Shown here piece after piece: positions 16,493 through 24,757 of a stretch of 24,757 bases of DNA. The stretch is from Stellaceae bacterium (GTDB lineage Bacteria; Pseudomonadota; Alphaproteobacteria; ATCC43930; CGMCC-115725), in contig DASXMC010000579.1 in the NCBI GenBank assembly GCA_036495885.1, positions 1 to 24,757 on the forward strand. The letters are read 5' to 3'. The notes beneath the pieces are model-generated. The model was given only the letters and a program-made list of their open reading frames with translations. It searched no databases and was not told the origin of the DNA. Every line of letters begins with the position of its first letter. Position 1 is the first letter of the stretch. The translations under genes and the position numbers were made by a program.

Positions 16493-17947
16493 TTACCCGA
16501 CGCTGCCCTCGAGACTTACCGCGAGCAGCTTTTGCGCTTCGACCGCGAACTCCATCGGCAGTTCCTTCAGCACTTCCTTGCAAAAGCCGTTGACGATCAG
16601 CGAGACCGCGTCTTCCGGTGTGAGGCCGCGCTGGCGGCAATAGAACAGCTGGTCGTCGCTGATCTTCGAGGTCGTGGCTTCGTGCTCGACCCGCGCCGAG
16701 GGATTGCGGATCTCGATATAGGGAACCGTATGGGCGCCGCAGCGCTCCCCGATCAGCAAGGAATCGCACTGGGTGTGATTGCGTGCGCCCTGCGCGCGCG
16801 GCTGCACCCGCACCAGCCCGCGATAGGTGTTCTGGCCGCGGCCGGCCGAAATCCCTTTCGATACGATCGTCGAGCGCGTGTCCTTGCCGATATGGATCAT
16901 CTTGGTCCCGGTATCAGCCTGCTGACGGTTGTTGGTGATTGCGACCGAATAGAATTCGCCGACCGAATGGTCGCCTTCGAGCACGCAGCTCGGATATTTC
17001 CAGGTGATCGCCGACCCGGTTTCGACCTGGGTCCACGAGATCTTCGCCCGCGCCCCTCTACAGGCGCCGCGCTTGGTTACGAAATTGTAGATGCCGCCCT
17101 TGCCTTCGGCGTCGCCCGGATACCAGTTCTGCACGGTCGAATATTTGATCTGCGCGTCCTCGTGCGCGATCAGCTCGACCACCGCGGCATGCAACTGGTT
17201 TTCGTCGCGCTGTGGTGCCGTGCAGCCTTCGAGATAGCTGACATAGGCGCCTTTGTCGGCGATTAGCAAGGTGCGCTCGAACTGCCCGGTTTTGGCCGCA
17301 TTGATGCGGAAATAAGTCGAAAGCTCCATCGGGCAGCGCACGCCCGGCGGCACATAGGCAAACGAGCCGTCGCTGAACACCGCCGAATTCAACGCCGCAA
17401 AAAAATTGTCGTTTTGCGGCACTACGGTGCCGAGATATTTACGGACGATCTCGGGGTGCTCGCGCACGGCCTCGCCAAACGAGCAGAAAATGATCCCGAG
17501 AGCGCCGAGCTGTTCCTTGAAGGTTGTCGCCACCGAGATGCTGTCGAACACCGCATCGACCGCGACCCCCGCCAGCGCCTCGCGCTCTTTCAGCGGAATG
17601 CCGAGCTTCTCGTATGTGCGCAGCAATTCGGGATCGACCTCGTCCAGGGATTTCGGTCCGGCATTCTGCTTTGGCGCCGAATAATAGGTCGCGGCTTGGT
17701 AGTCGATCGGCGCCAAATTCAGCTTCGCCCAATTGGGCGGGGTCATTTTTTGCCAGGCGTGAAACGCCGAAAGCCGCCACTCGAGCAGCCATTCGGGCTC
17801 GCCTTTTTTGGCCGAGATAAAGCCGATCGTCTCCTCGCTGAGGCCGGGCGGGGCTTCATCGGCTTCGATGTCGGTGACAAAGCCGAATTTGTAGCCCGCT
17901 TGCGAGAGCGCGCGGACGGTATCGAGCGTTTCGATTGAAGCAGTCAT
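16493..17947 (-). CDS. sufB: Fe-S cluster assembly protein SufB
   Basis: [91 protein letters not shown]. Start at ATG 17947. Confidence 0.96.
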   Translation of the reverse strand: MTASIETLDTVRALSQAGYKFGFVTDIEADEAPPGLSEETIGFISAKKGEPEWLLEWRLSAFHAWQKMTPPNWAKLNLAPIDYQAATYYSAPKQNAGPKSLDEVDPELLRTYEKLGIPLKEREALAGVAVDAVFDSISVATTFKEQLGALGIIFCSFGEAVREHPEIVRKYLGTVVPQNDNFFAALNSAVFSDGSFAYVPPGVRCPMELSTYFRINAAKTGQFERTLLIADKGAYVSYLEGCTAPQRDENQLHAAVVELIAHEDAQIKYSTVQNWYPGDAEGKGGIYNFVTKRGACRGARAKISWTQVETGSAITWKYPSCVLEGDHSVGEFYSVAITNNRQQADTGTKMIHIGKDTRSTIVSKGISAGRGQNTYRGLVRVQPRAQGARNHTQCDSLLIGERCGAHTVPYIEIRNPSARVEHEATTSKISDDQLFYCRQRGLTPEDAVSLIVNGFCKEVLKELPMEFAVEAQKLLAVSLEGSVG

Positions 17948-17963
17948 GCGTTGGTCTGGTTCG

Positions 17964-18416
17964 TCAGTTGGCGGCGGGGTGAATGGCAGCGGCCGGCCGG
18001 TGGCGCACAAAGACCGCCGGCGTCAGCATCGCGTCGAGCGAAACCGCCGCCAGAGCGTGCTCGACCGCTCGGTTGATCGCGGCCCAATGTGGCCGGGTCG
18101 GGCAGTAATCGGTTCTGGTGCATTCAGCGACATGAACCGAGCATTGCGTCAGCCCGATATCGCCGTCGATCGCGGCGACCACCTGCGCCACCGAGATCGA
18201 GCGCGGGTCGCGCGCCAGTCGATAGCCGCCGGCCGCACCCCGGGTCGCCGTAACCAACCCCGCATGCGCGAGCGCCTTCAGGATCTTGGCGACGGTGGCG
18301 CGCGGCAGCCTGACTTCGTCGGCTAGCGCTGCTGCGGTCAATTGCCGCTCGGGAAAGGCCGCCAAATGGGTGGCGACAATGACCCCATAATCGGCAAGCT
18401 TGCTCAGAATGATCAT
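17964..18416 (-). CDS. Rrf2-family SUF system Fe-S cluster regulator
   Basis: LSKLADYG, wHTH with [11 protein letters not shown], three Cys (TQC..AEC..DYC) plus His (PHW); first gene of the suf operon. Confidence 0.9.
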   Translation of the reverse strand: MIILSKLADYGVIVATHLAAFPERQLTAAALADEVRLPRATVAKILKALAHAGLVTATRGAAGGYRLARDPRSISVAQVVAAIDGDIGLTQCSVHVAECTRTDYCPTRPHWAAINRAVEHALAAVSLDAMLTPAVFVRHRPAAAIHPAAN

Positions 18417-18436
18417 TGCCTGGCGCGGTTGAGCTT

Positions 18437-18456
18437 AATTGGTACCGAATTGGTAC
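18437..18456 (-). promoter_or_regulatory. Candidate Rrf2 operator of the suf operon
   Basis: AATTGGTAC direct repeat (18437-18445 and 18448-18456, 11-bp period), which also forms the palindrome GTACC-N5-GGTAC (18442-18456), 21-40 bp upstream of the rrf2 ATG. Function is inferred. Confidence 0.55.
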
Positions 18457-18576
18457 GCTATAGATGGCGCGCGACCGGCATCGGTCAAGCGCAAAGATCG
18501 GAGGCAATTTTCGTCGGATGATCGCGGCAGCAGCAATGCAATCACTGAACCTCGCCGCAGCCGCGGCAAACCTGCT

Positions 18577-19188
18577 CTATCGGCCGACCCGCCGGTGACC
18601 AGACCGTGCATCGGCGGAGGGCGGACGGGTCGTGGCGATGATCTGGTCGAGTGCAGCGGTTAGCGCCAGCTCGATTTCCGGCCGTCCCTCTACCCGGCTC
18701 AGCAGCAAGCCTGCTGCTTCGATCGTCGATAAGGCCTCACGACGTGGTTCGCGCCGCGCGCGGTGGTAATGCGCGGGGCGCTGCGGATCGAGCACCAGCC
18801 GGCGCAATTTGAGCAGCCACGGATTGCGCCACCACAGCGCCTTGGCTTCGCTCCAACTGCCGTCCAACAGGAGCGCACCGTCGAGATCACGCAACGCCGC
18901 ATCCTGGTCGCTCTCCGGCGCGCCATGGCGATCGACGGCGACGACCTCTCGCCCCAACCCGAACTCGCGCGGGCGCGCCGAGCCGAGATACAGCACCGCC
19001 CAACCCCGCGGATCAGCCGGCCGGCCGAGAGCGGCGCGGAGATTGGGCCATGACAAGCCGACCGCCAGCCTTGCTTGCTGCAGTGCGGCAAGCGTGGGGT
19101 CGGCGGTGGCCAGCGGCTCCTTTTTCTCGCGCGGATGCTGTAGGATCAGGATAAACGTCCGATTGTCGATCGGCTCGATGTCGCCCAC
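18577..19188 (-). CDS. DTW-domain tRNA-uridine aminocarboxypropyltransferase (TapT-like)
   Basis: IEPIDNRTFILILQHPRE, LLLDGSWSEAKALWWRNPWL, RREPRREALSTIEAA. GTG 19188 with RBS GGAGG. The ORF-track extension to 19836 runs antisense through galU and is not credible. Confidence 0.85.
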   Translation of the reverse strand: MGDIEPIDNRTFILILQHPREKKEPLATADPTLAALQQARLAVGLSWPNLRAALGRPADPRGWAVLYLGSARPREFGLGREVVAVDRHGAPESDQDAALRDLDGALLLDGSWSEAKALWWRNPWLLKLRRLVLDPQRPAHYHRARREPRREALSTIEAAGLLLSRVEGRPEIELALTAALDQIIATTRPPSADARSGHRRVGR

Positions 19189-19332
19189 TCGTCCCTCCGC
19201 GCATCGAAATTCAAGGATAATGCAATGATGTGCGATTTCTTTACGTTGATAGGGTAATTCGCCTCGCTCGCACCCGTTTAGCGCTGTGGCATCTGGGTTG
19301 CAGAGCGACGCGCGCCACAAATTGAGGACTAC

Positions 19333-20205
19333 ATGTATAAACGCATCCGCAAAGCAGTTTTTCCGGTCGCGGGCCTGGGTACTCGGTTTTTGCCGGCGAC
19401 CAAAGCGATGCCCAAAGAGATGCTGCCGATTGTCGACAAGCCGCTCATTCAATATGCGGTCGAGGAAGCAAAAGCCGCCGGCATCGAAGAGTTCTTTTTT
19501 GTCACGAGCCGGGCGAAGAGTGCCATCGATGACCATTTTGACCGCGCCTTTGAACTCGAGACGACATTGCGCGAGCGCGGCAGGAACGATCTTGTCGCCG
19601 AGCTCGAGGCGCGCCTGCCCGAGCCGGGCCAGATTGCCTACACCCGCCAGCAAACGCCGCTCGGGCTTGGTCACGCGGTGTGGTGCGCCCGTGGCCTCGT
19701 CGGCGACGAGCCGTTTGCGGTGCTGTTGGCGGATGACCTGATGGTGTGCGAGGAGCCGTGCCTCGCGCAGATGGTCGAGGCTTACGAGGAGGTGGGCGGC
19801 AATATCGTGGCGATCCTTGAGGTGCCGCGCGAGCACACCCGGCGTTATGGGGTGCTCGATGTCGTGTCGGATAACGGCCGATTGGTCGAGGCGCGGGGGG
19901 TCGTCGAAAAGCCCGAGCCGGCACAGGCGCCGTCAACTTCGACGATTATTGGCCGCTATATCATCCAGCCCGAGGTGTTCGGGCACCTCGCCCGCGCCGA
20001 GAGGGGTAGCGGCGGAGAGATCCAATTGACCGACGCGCTCGAGCAGCTGATCAGGGATGGCCAGGATTTCCATGGGCTGCGATTTTCCGGCCGACGCTAT
20101 GATTGCGGTGACAAGCTCGGCTTTCTTGAAGCGACGATCGCATTGGGTCTCGCCCATCCCGAACTGGGAGCGGGGCTGAAGCGAATTCTGAGCGCATATC
20201 TCTGA
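19333..20205 (+). CDS. galU: UTP--glucose-1-phosphate uridylyltransferase
   Basis: KAVFPVAGLGTRFLPATKAMPKEMLPIVDKPLIQY, LGLGHAVWCA, VEKP, GEIQLTDAL, RYDCGDKLG. RBS GAGGA at 19324-19328. Confidence 0.96.
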   Translation: MYKRIRKAVFPVAGLGTRFLPATKAMPKEMLPIVDKPLIQYAVEEAKAAGIEEFFFVTSRAKSAIDDHFDRAFELETTLRERGRNDLVAELEARLPEPGQIAYTRQQTPLGLGHAVWCARGLVGDEPFAVLLADDLMVCEEPCLAQMVEAYEEVGGNIVAILEVPREHTRRYGVLDVVSDNGRLVEARGVVEKPEPAQAPSTSTIIGRYIIQPEVFGHLARAERGSGGEIQLTDALEQLIRDGQDFHGLRFSGRRYDCGDKLGFLEATIALGLAHPELGAGLKRILSAYL

Positions 20206-20217
20206 CCAGGAGTGCCG

Positions 20218-21597
20218 ATGCCTCACCGCTTTGACCCGACGATTCTGCGCGAATATGACATCCGCGGCATCGTCGGAGACACGTTGTCGACCGCCGATGC
20301 GCTGGCGATCGGCCGCGCCTATGCGCAGACGCTGAAATCGGCCGGCGGCCGCCGGGCCGCGGTCGGCTATGACGGCCGGCTGACTTCCCCCGATCTAGCC
20401 GCTGCCCTGGTCGAGGGCCTGATCAGCGAAGGTGCGGATGTCGTCCGCATCGGCCGCGGCCCGACGCCGATGCTGTACTACGCCGCCGCCACCTTAGGCG
20501 TCGATGGCGGGGTCATGGTCACCGGCTCACATAATCCGCCCGAATACAACGGCTTCAAGTTCGTGCTCGGCGGCAAGGCCTTTTATGGTGCGGCGATCCA
20601 GCGGCTCGCCGAAACCGCACTCGCCCTCGATGCTCCGGCGGCCGATCGCGGCCGGGCCGAAGACCGCGACATTTGCCGCGCTTACGTCGCGCGGGTGGCG
20701 CGCGATTATAACGGGACGCGACCGCTGACCGTCGCCTGGGATCCGGGAAACGGTGCGACCGGCGAAATTGTCGAGGAGCTTACGGCCCGGCTGCCCGGCC
20801 GTCATATTCTGCTCAACGCGACGATCGACGGGCGGTTCCCGGCGCACCACCCGGACCCGACGGTGCCAGCAAACCTCGTGCAATTGCAGGAAACTGTGGC
20901 GCGTGAAGGCTGCGAGCTCGGGATCGCGTTTGACGGCGACGGCGATCGCATCGGCGTCATCGACAGCCTCGGCGAGATCTGGTGGGGCGACCAGCTGATG
21001 ATCATTCTTGCCCGCGACGTGCTGGCGCGACACCCGGGGGCCTCGATCCTCGCGGACGTCAAAGCAAGCCAGATCCTGTTCGACGAGATCGCCAAGGCGG
21101 GCGGGCGACCGGTCATGACCGCGACCGGGCACTCGCCGATCAAGGCCAAGCTCGCCGAAACCGGGGCACCGCTCGCCGGCGAGATGAGCGGGCACATCTT
21201 TTTTGCCGATGGCTATTACGGATTTGACGACGCGGTCTATTGCGCTGTCAGGCTGCTCGGCATTCTTGCGCGCACACCGCAGAGCCTGGTCGAGATGAGG
21301 CGTGGCCTGCCGGTGGTGGTAAACACCCCGGAATTGCGCTTTCCGTGCGCGGAAAGTCGTAAATTTGCGGTGGTGCGCGAGGTCGCCGGGCGCTTGCGGC
21401 AGGCGGCGGCCGAAGTCAAAGAGATCGATGGCGTGCGCGTGCGGACCGCCGATGGATGGTGGCTGCTGCGCGCCTCCAACACGCAGGACGTGCTGGTCGC
21501 ACGCGCCGAATCCCCGACCACCGACGGGCTCGGCCGGCTGAAGCGCGAACTCGCAGCCCAACTTGCGGCCTCAGGCGTAGCCTTGCCCGAGGGCTGA
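20218..21597 (+). CDS. pgm: Phosphomannomutase/phosphoglucomutase (PMM/PGM)
   Basis: REYDIRG, phospho-Ser VTGSHNP, metal loop [32 protein letters not shown] at 20208-20212 supports ATG 20218. Confidence 0.93.
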   Translation: MPHRFDPTILREYDIRGIVGDTLSTADALAIGRAYAQTLKSAGGRRAAVGYDGRLTSPDLAAALVEGLISEGADVVRIGRGPTPMLYYAAATLGVDGGVMVTGSHNPPEYNGFKFVLGGKAFYGAAIQRLAETALALDAPAADRGRAEDRDICRAYVARVARDYNGTRPLTVAWDPGNGATGEIVEELTARLPGRHILLNATIDGRFPAHHPDPTVPANLVQLQETVAREGCELGIAFDGDGDRIGVIDSLGEIWWGDQLMIILARDVLARHPGASILADVKASQILFDEIAKAGGRPVMTATGHSPIKAKLAETGAPLAGEMSGHIFFADGYYGFDDAVYCAVRLLGILARTPQSLVEMRRGLPVVVNTPELRFPCAESRKFAVVREVAGRLRQAAAEVKEIDGVRVRTADGWWLLRASNTQDVLVARAESPTTDGLGRLKRELAAQLAASGVALPEG

Positions 21598-21627
21598 TGC
21601 CCCAGCCGGCCGGCGCAGTGCGCGATT

Positions 21628-23091
21628 TCAGAAGCGCGCCGCAACCCTTGGCGCTGCGGGCGAGATCACCGAGCACGCGATCCTCTTCCTGCGCAGTTGG
21701 GAGCAGGCACCCTGTGCCTCTGCCGGCGTAAAGTTGAGCAGCCGTGCGTGGTAGAGATGGTCTTTGGACACTCTGCCGGGATCGATGACTTGCATCGGCT
21801 TGCCTCTGAGGACCGTCAGGGTTGCGGCTTTCCTCGCCGCATGTTCGGCCGCCGTGGGAGCGTGAAAGGCGCCGAGCTGAATGCCCCAGCGCTCCGAGGC
21901 GGCAGCGGTGTGCAAAGACCCAGGGGTCAGGCCGGCGGCCTCGGCCTTGGCCACAGGCGACAAATGGGCCACGAGGCGCGATGCCGCCTTGGTGAGGAGC
22001 CCGGTCTTGGGATGGGCCGGTGGTGCCGGCGGCGCCGGATCTGCCAAAGCCACCATCGGAGCAACGGCCGGGCTCGGGCCCGGCAGCACCAGCAACGGTG
22101 CCGGCTGTGGCGCCGCTATCGCGCGGTGCGCCACGATGATGGCCGGAGCGACGCCGAGCGAAGCAAATCCCTGATCGAGCAATGTCCCCATTTCGCGGTC
22201 GCGCGAGCCGCCCGATGCTCCACCAAGCACAACCCCGATCAGGCGGTGCCCGTCGCGCACCGCCGAAGTCGCGAGGTTGAAGCCCGAGGCGCGGATATAC
22301 CCTGTCTTGATGCCGTCGGCGCCGGGATACCAGTCGAGCAGATGGTCGTGACCGACGATCGTTATTCCGCGGAATACAAACAAACGGGTTGCAAAGAACC
22401 GGTACTCGCGCGGGTAATCATGATAGAGCGCCAGCGCCAGCTGCGCCGTATCGCGCGCGGTCGTATGCTGCAGCGGATCGGGCAGGCCCGAGGCGTTGCG
22501 GTAAAACGTGTTGCGCATGCCGAGCTGCTGCGCCTTGCGGTTCATCGTGTCGGCAAAAGTGGGCTCGCTGCCGGCGATGCCTTCGGCCAACACCGCCGCG
22601 GCGTCATTGGCCGAGCGAGTCACGACCCCGTAGATCATGTCCTGCACGGCGACAGCATCGCCCGGCCGCAAACCGAGCTTGGTCGGCGATTTGCTGGCGG
22701 CCTCGACACTGACCGGCAGCAGCTGGTCGAGCCGCAGCCGGCCGGTATTGAGCGCCTCAAAGGTCAAATACAAGGTCATCATCTTGGTCAGCGAGGCGGG
22801 ATAGGTAATCGCGTCCGCGTTCGATTCGCTCAGAACCCGCCCGGTGTCGGCGTCCAGAACAATCGATTCGGCGGTGGGCGACGGCGCAAACCCGACAGCA
22901 CCCAGCTGCAGGTGATGATAATGCACATGGCGCCCCGCCTCTGCTCGCTGCGGACAAAGGATGCCAAGCGCCGCCATGGCGATGCCAACCAGCCATATTC
23001 TGCGCACCCGGGAACCGCCCCCGCGGAACCCGCCGCGTTGCTGCTCTACGACTCGCACTGCAACCCCCAATTTCCCCCAAACCGCACGCAA
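21628..23091 (-). CDS. D-alanyl-D-alanine carboxypeptidase (peptidase S11) with C-terminal SPOR-like domain
   Basis: SxxK (PASLTKMM), SxN (RSANDAA), KTG (GIKTGY), Pro/Ala linker, WGIQLGAF...YHARL...ACSQL SPOR-like end. The true start may be GTG 23007. Confidence 0.9.
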   Translation of the reverse strand: MRAVWGKLGVAVRVVEQQRGGFRGGGSRVRRIWLVGIAMAALGILCPQRAEAGRHVHYHHLQLGAVGFAPSPTAESIVLDADTGRVLSESNADAITYPASLTKMMTLYLTFEALNTGRLRLDQLLPVSVEAASKSPTKLGLRPGDAVAVQDMIYGVVTRSANDAAAVLAEGIAGSEPTFADTMNRKAQQLGMRNTFYRNASGLPDPLQHTTARDTAQLALALYHDYPREYRFFATRLFVFRGITIVGHDHLLDWYPGADGIKTGYIRASGFNLATSAVRDGHRLIGVVLGGASGGSRDREMGTLLDQGFASLGVAPAIIVAHRAIAAPQPAPLLVLPGPSPAVAPMVALADPAPPAPPAHPKTGLLTKAASRLVAHLSPVAKAEAAGLTPGSLHTAAASERWGIQLGAFHAPTAAEHAARKAATLTVLRGKPMQVIDPGRVSKDHLYHARLLNFTPAEAQGACSQLRRKRIACSVISPAAPRVAARF

Positions 23092-23245
23092 TCACCAACC
23101 ACGCGCGATCATCGCAGATACAATGAAAAAAAACCAGAAGCGGTGTCCCGTTTTCGTCGCTTTTGCTTTACGAGGTGTTTCTCGACGCGCGACTTGGTTT
23201 GGTCGGTCAAGCAGTGAGCCGGTCGCGAGCCTGTTCCGGTTCGCG

Positions 23246-23264
23246 ATTTGTGCAATGCACAAAT
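23246..23264. promoter_or_regulatory. Perfect palindrome; candidate PhaR operator
   Basis: ATTTGTGCA-A-TGCACAAAT, about 80 bp upstream of the phasin ATG. Both strands fit the TGCRNYGCASMA PhaR motif I recall for Bradyrhizobium. Confidence 0.7.
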
Positions 23265-23344
23265 TCTGGTTGCAATGGTTTGCCGATTGAGATTACAAAC
23301 TTTGCGTGCAGCGTAATGGGCACGGCGCCGGGCAGCGAGGAGAC

Positions 23345-23989
23345 ATGGACAGCAAAAGCAGACGCACCCCACGCATCACAGCACCAGCCGACCTTACGAT
23401 ACCGCGGCCGGCTTCCAGGTCCGCAGCCCCGGGCAATCTCGCCAGCTCCGCCAAAGCTTCGGCCCCGCCGCCGGAAACGCCGGATGCGGCTGCGATCCCG
23501 CCGTCGGAAACACCTGATGCGGCTACGATGCCACCATCGGAAACACCCGCTGCAGCGCCGGAGCCGGCTTTTGCGCCAGTGCTGCCGGAATTGGCGGTTT
23601 CACAAAACTCGCCGCCCGCACCGATCGCGCCTTCCTTGCCCGCGCCGGTCACAGCTGCGGATCCTGGGGTCGAGCGTGACCTTTTTGCGGTCATCGGCGA
23701 ATCGCGCGCGGCGTTGGCGCGCACCGTCGAATCGATGAGCGACGAATTGGCGAGTTACGCGCGCCACAGCATCGATACGAGCGCCAATACTGCGATCCAG
23801 ATGCTGGCAGTGACGACCTGGTCGGACGCCGTCGCGGTCAACGCGAAATTTGCCCGTACCAGCTATGATCAATGGCTCGACAGTAGCGCCAAAGTGTCCG
23901 AACTCGGCGTCAAGCTCGCCTACGAATCATCAAAGCCGCTCATGAGCCGGTTCGAACGGATCTGGCGCGGCGTCGGTGCGGGCCGCTGA
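23345..23989 (+). CDS. phaP: Phasin-family (PHA granule) protein with Pro/Ala-rich N-terminal extension
   Basis: RBS GAGGAG at 23337-23342. Helical C-terminal ~100 aa (SRAALARTVESMSDELASYARHSID...WSDAVAVNAKFARTSYDQWLDSSAKVSEL...SSKPL) resembles Phasin_2. PhaR-type box upstream. Confidence 0.8.
   Translation: MDSKSRRTPRITAPADLTIPRPASRSAAPGNLASSAKASAPPPETPDAAAIPPSETPDAATMPPSETPAAAPEPAFAPVLPELAVSQNSPPAPIAPSLPAPVTAADPGVERDLFAVIGESRAALARTVESMSDELASYARHSIDTSANTAIQMLAVTTWSDAVAVNAKFARTSYDQWLDSSAKVSELGVKLAYESSKPLMSRFERIWRGVGAGR
23465..23563 (+). repeat. Three in-frame 33-bp (11-aa) repeats in the phasin N-terminus
   Basis: PPPETPDAAAI / PPSETPDAATM / PPSETPAAAPE at 23465, 23498 and 23531. Confidence 0.85.
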
Positions 23990-24017
23990 TCCTCCGCGCG
24001 TATATGCGCCGAGGATC
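23988..24017 (+). terminator. Possible terminator hairpin after phasin
   Basis: GATCCTC-C-GCGC...GCGC-C-GAGGATC stem directly at the stop codon. No U-tract. Confidence 0.3.
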
Positions 24018-24173
24018 TCGACAGCCAGGCCCTGGCCTTCGAGTGACCCAACTCATTCATTGCACAGACCAAGGCGACCGGTCGCGAACGTTAAGCGCTG
24101 ATTTCATCCGAACTCCCGATGACGGTTGTCCGGCAAGGCAACCAGAAGCCGGTCCAATCAAGCGCGCGTCGGC

Positions 24174-24757
24174 TCAGTAGCCGGCGCCGCGGGCGGTGAT
24201 CGGCCACAGCGCTTCGACCCGGTTGTCGCGGATCCCGACATACCAATCGTAAAGATTGACGGTCGGATCGCAATGGCCGGGAACAAGCCGGATCTTGTCG
24301 CCGATCCGCAGCCGGTTGGTGGCCGCGGTTACGGCGAGCCGGCCGTGCTCGTCGGAGGCGCGCTCGTAAGTCGCGGCCGGCTCGTCCCACACCAAAGGCG
24401 GGCCGGAATCGAACGCCAACGCCTTGAGCCCGGCGTCGACAATCGCGCGCTCTTGCGTGGGGCGGCTCATCACCGTCGCCCAGACAAAGAGGCTTGGTTC
24501 GAACGCCTTGGTCGGAGCACCATCGGGATCGAGATTGCGGCCGTAATCGGCGTCCATAAAGATGTAGGAGCCGCACTGCAATTCGGTATAAACACCGCTT
24601 GCCGCCTCGAATTCATAGCTGCCGGTGCCCGCCCCGGTCACGATCGGGCAGCGAATTCCGTCGCCTTCGATCAGATCGCGGGTATGGCCGGCCTTTTCTG
24701 CCGCGGCCGCGATCGCATCCCGCCGTTCCACCCACCCGCGCAGATGCTGCGCTGATC
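24174..24757 (-). CDS. DSD1/D-threonine aldolase-like PLP enzyme (alanine racemase fold), 3' part; truncated by window edge
   Basis: Frame is open to the window edge (SAQHLRGWVERR). TGAGTGSY, ELQCGSYIFMDADY, DAGLKAL, SDEHG, PGHCDPTVNLYD. Confidence 0.88.
   Translation of the reverse strand, partial: SAQHLRGWVERRDAIAAAAEKAGHTRDLIEGDGIRCPIVTGAGTGSYEFEAASGVYTELQCGSYIFMDADYGRNLDPDGAPTKAFEPSLFVWATVMSRPTQERAIVDAGLKALAFDSGPPLVWDEPAATYERASDEHGRLAVTAATNRLRIGDKIRLVPGHCDPTVNLYDWYVGIRDNRVEALWPITARGAGY

Noticed and set aside
19189-19836. 419-aa fusion ORF extending the DTW gene
   Set aside because: The extension is antisense shadow of galU. The DTW gene has its own RBS and GTG at 19188.
23126-23133. A8 homopolymer as a phase-variation switch
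   Set aside because: The run is short and intergenic, with no evidence it lies between promoter elements or varies in length.
206-24755. Numerous long overlapping ORFs (e.g. 206-1078, 870-1745, 2659-3636, 9031-10260, 14134-15366, 16262-17266, 21697-23217)
   Set aside because: They are antisense or alternate-frame shadows of well-supported genes, expected in high-GC DNA. They are Arg/Gly/Pro-rich and carry no family motifs.

Overview
A GC-rich, mostly housekeeping chromosomal segment. Gene content and repeats point to an Alphaproteobacterium (inference). Left arm, minus strand: a TetA-like MFS transporter, an Atm1-type ABC exporter, a single-domain response regulator coupled to meaB, a Nuc-type PLD protein and the 5' end of an amidohydrolase. 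Centre: an orphan T2SS-accessory-like protein with a Gly/Phe/Arg repeat tail, a GH63-like glucosidase, a trans-sulfuration PLP enzyme, a probable unannotated 45-aa membrane peptide and a complete rrf2-sufBCDS-sufU-sufT operon. Right arm: a DTW-domain protein, galU-pgm, a D,D-carboxypeptidase with SPOR-like tail, a phasin with a PhaR-type operator and the 3' end of a DSD1/D-threonine aldolase gene. Three CGTC-type REP dimers are present, two of them inside the suf operon. I found no CRISPR array, rRNA, tRNA, transposase, integrase or phage gene. I cannot demonstrate a new multi-gene system. The best leads are a candidate four-way-junction RNA (5641-5749), the GspC/N-like fusion protein, the REP dimers splitting sufB/sufC/sufD, the small ORF at 11737 and a tandem-repeat spacer upstream of the response regulator. 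All family calls come from motifs read by eye; no database searches were run.
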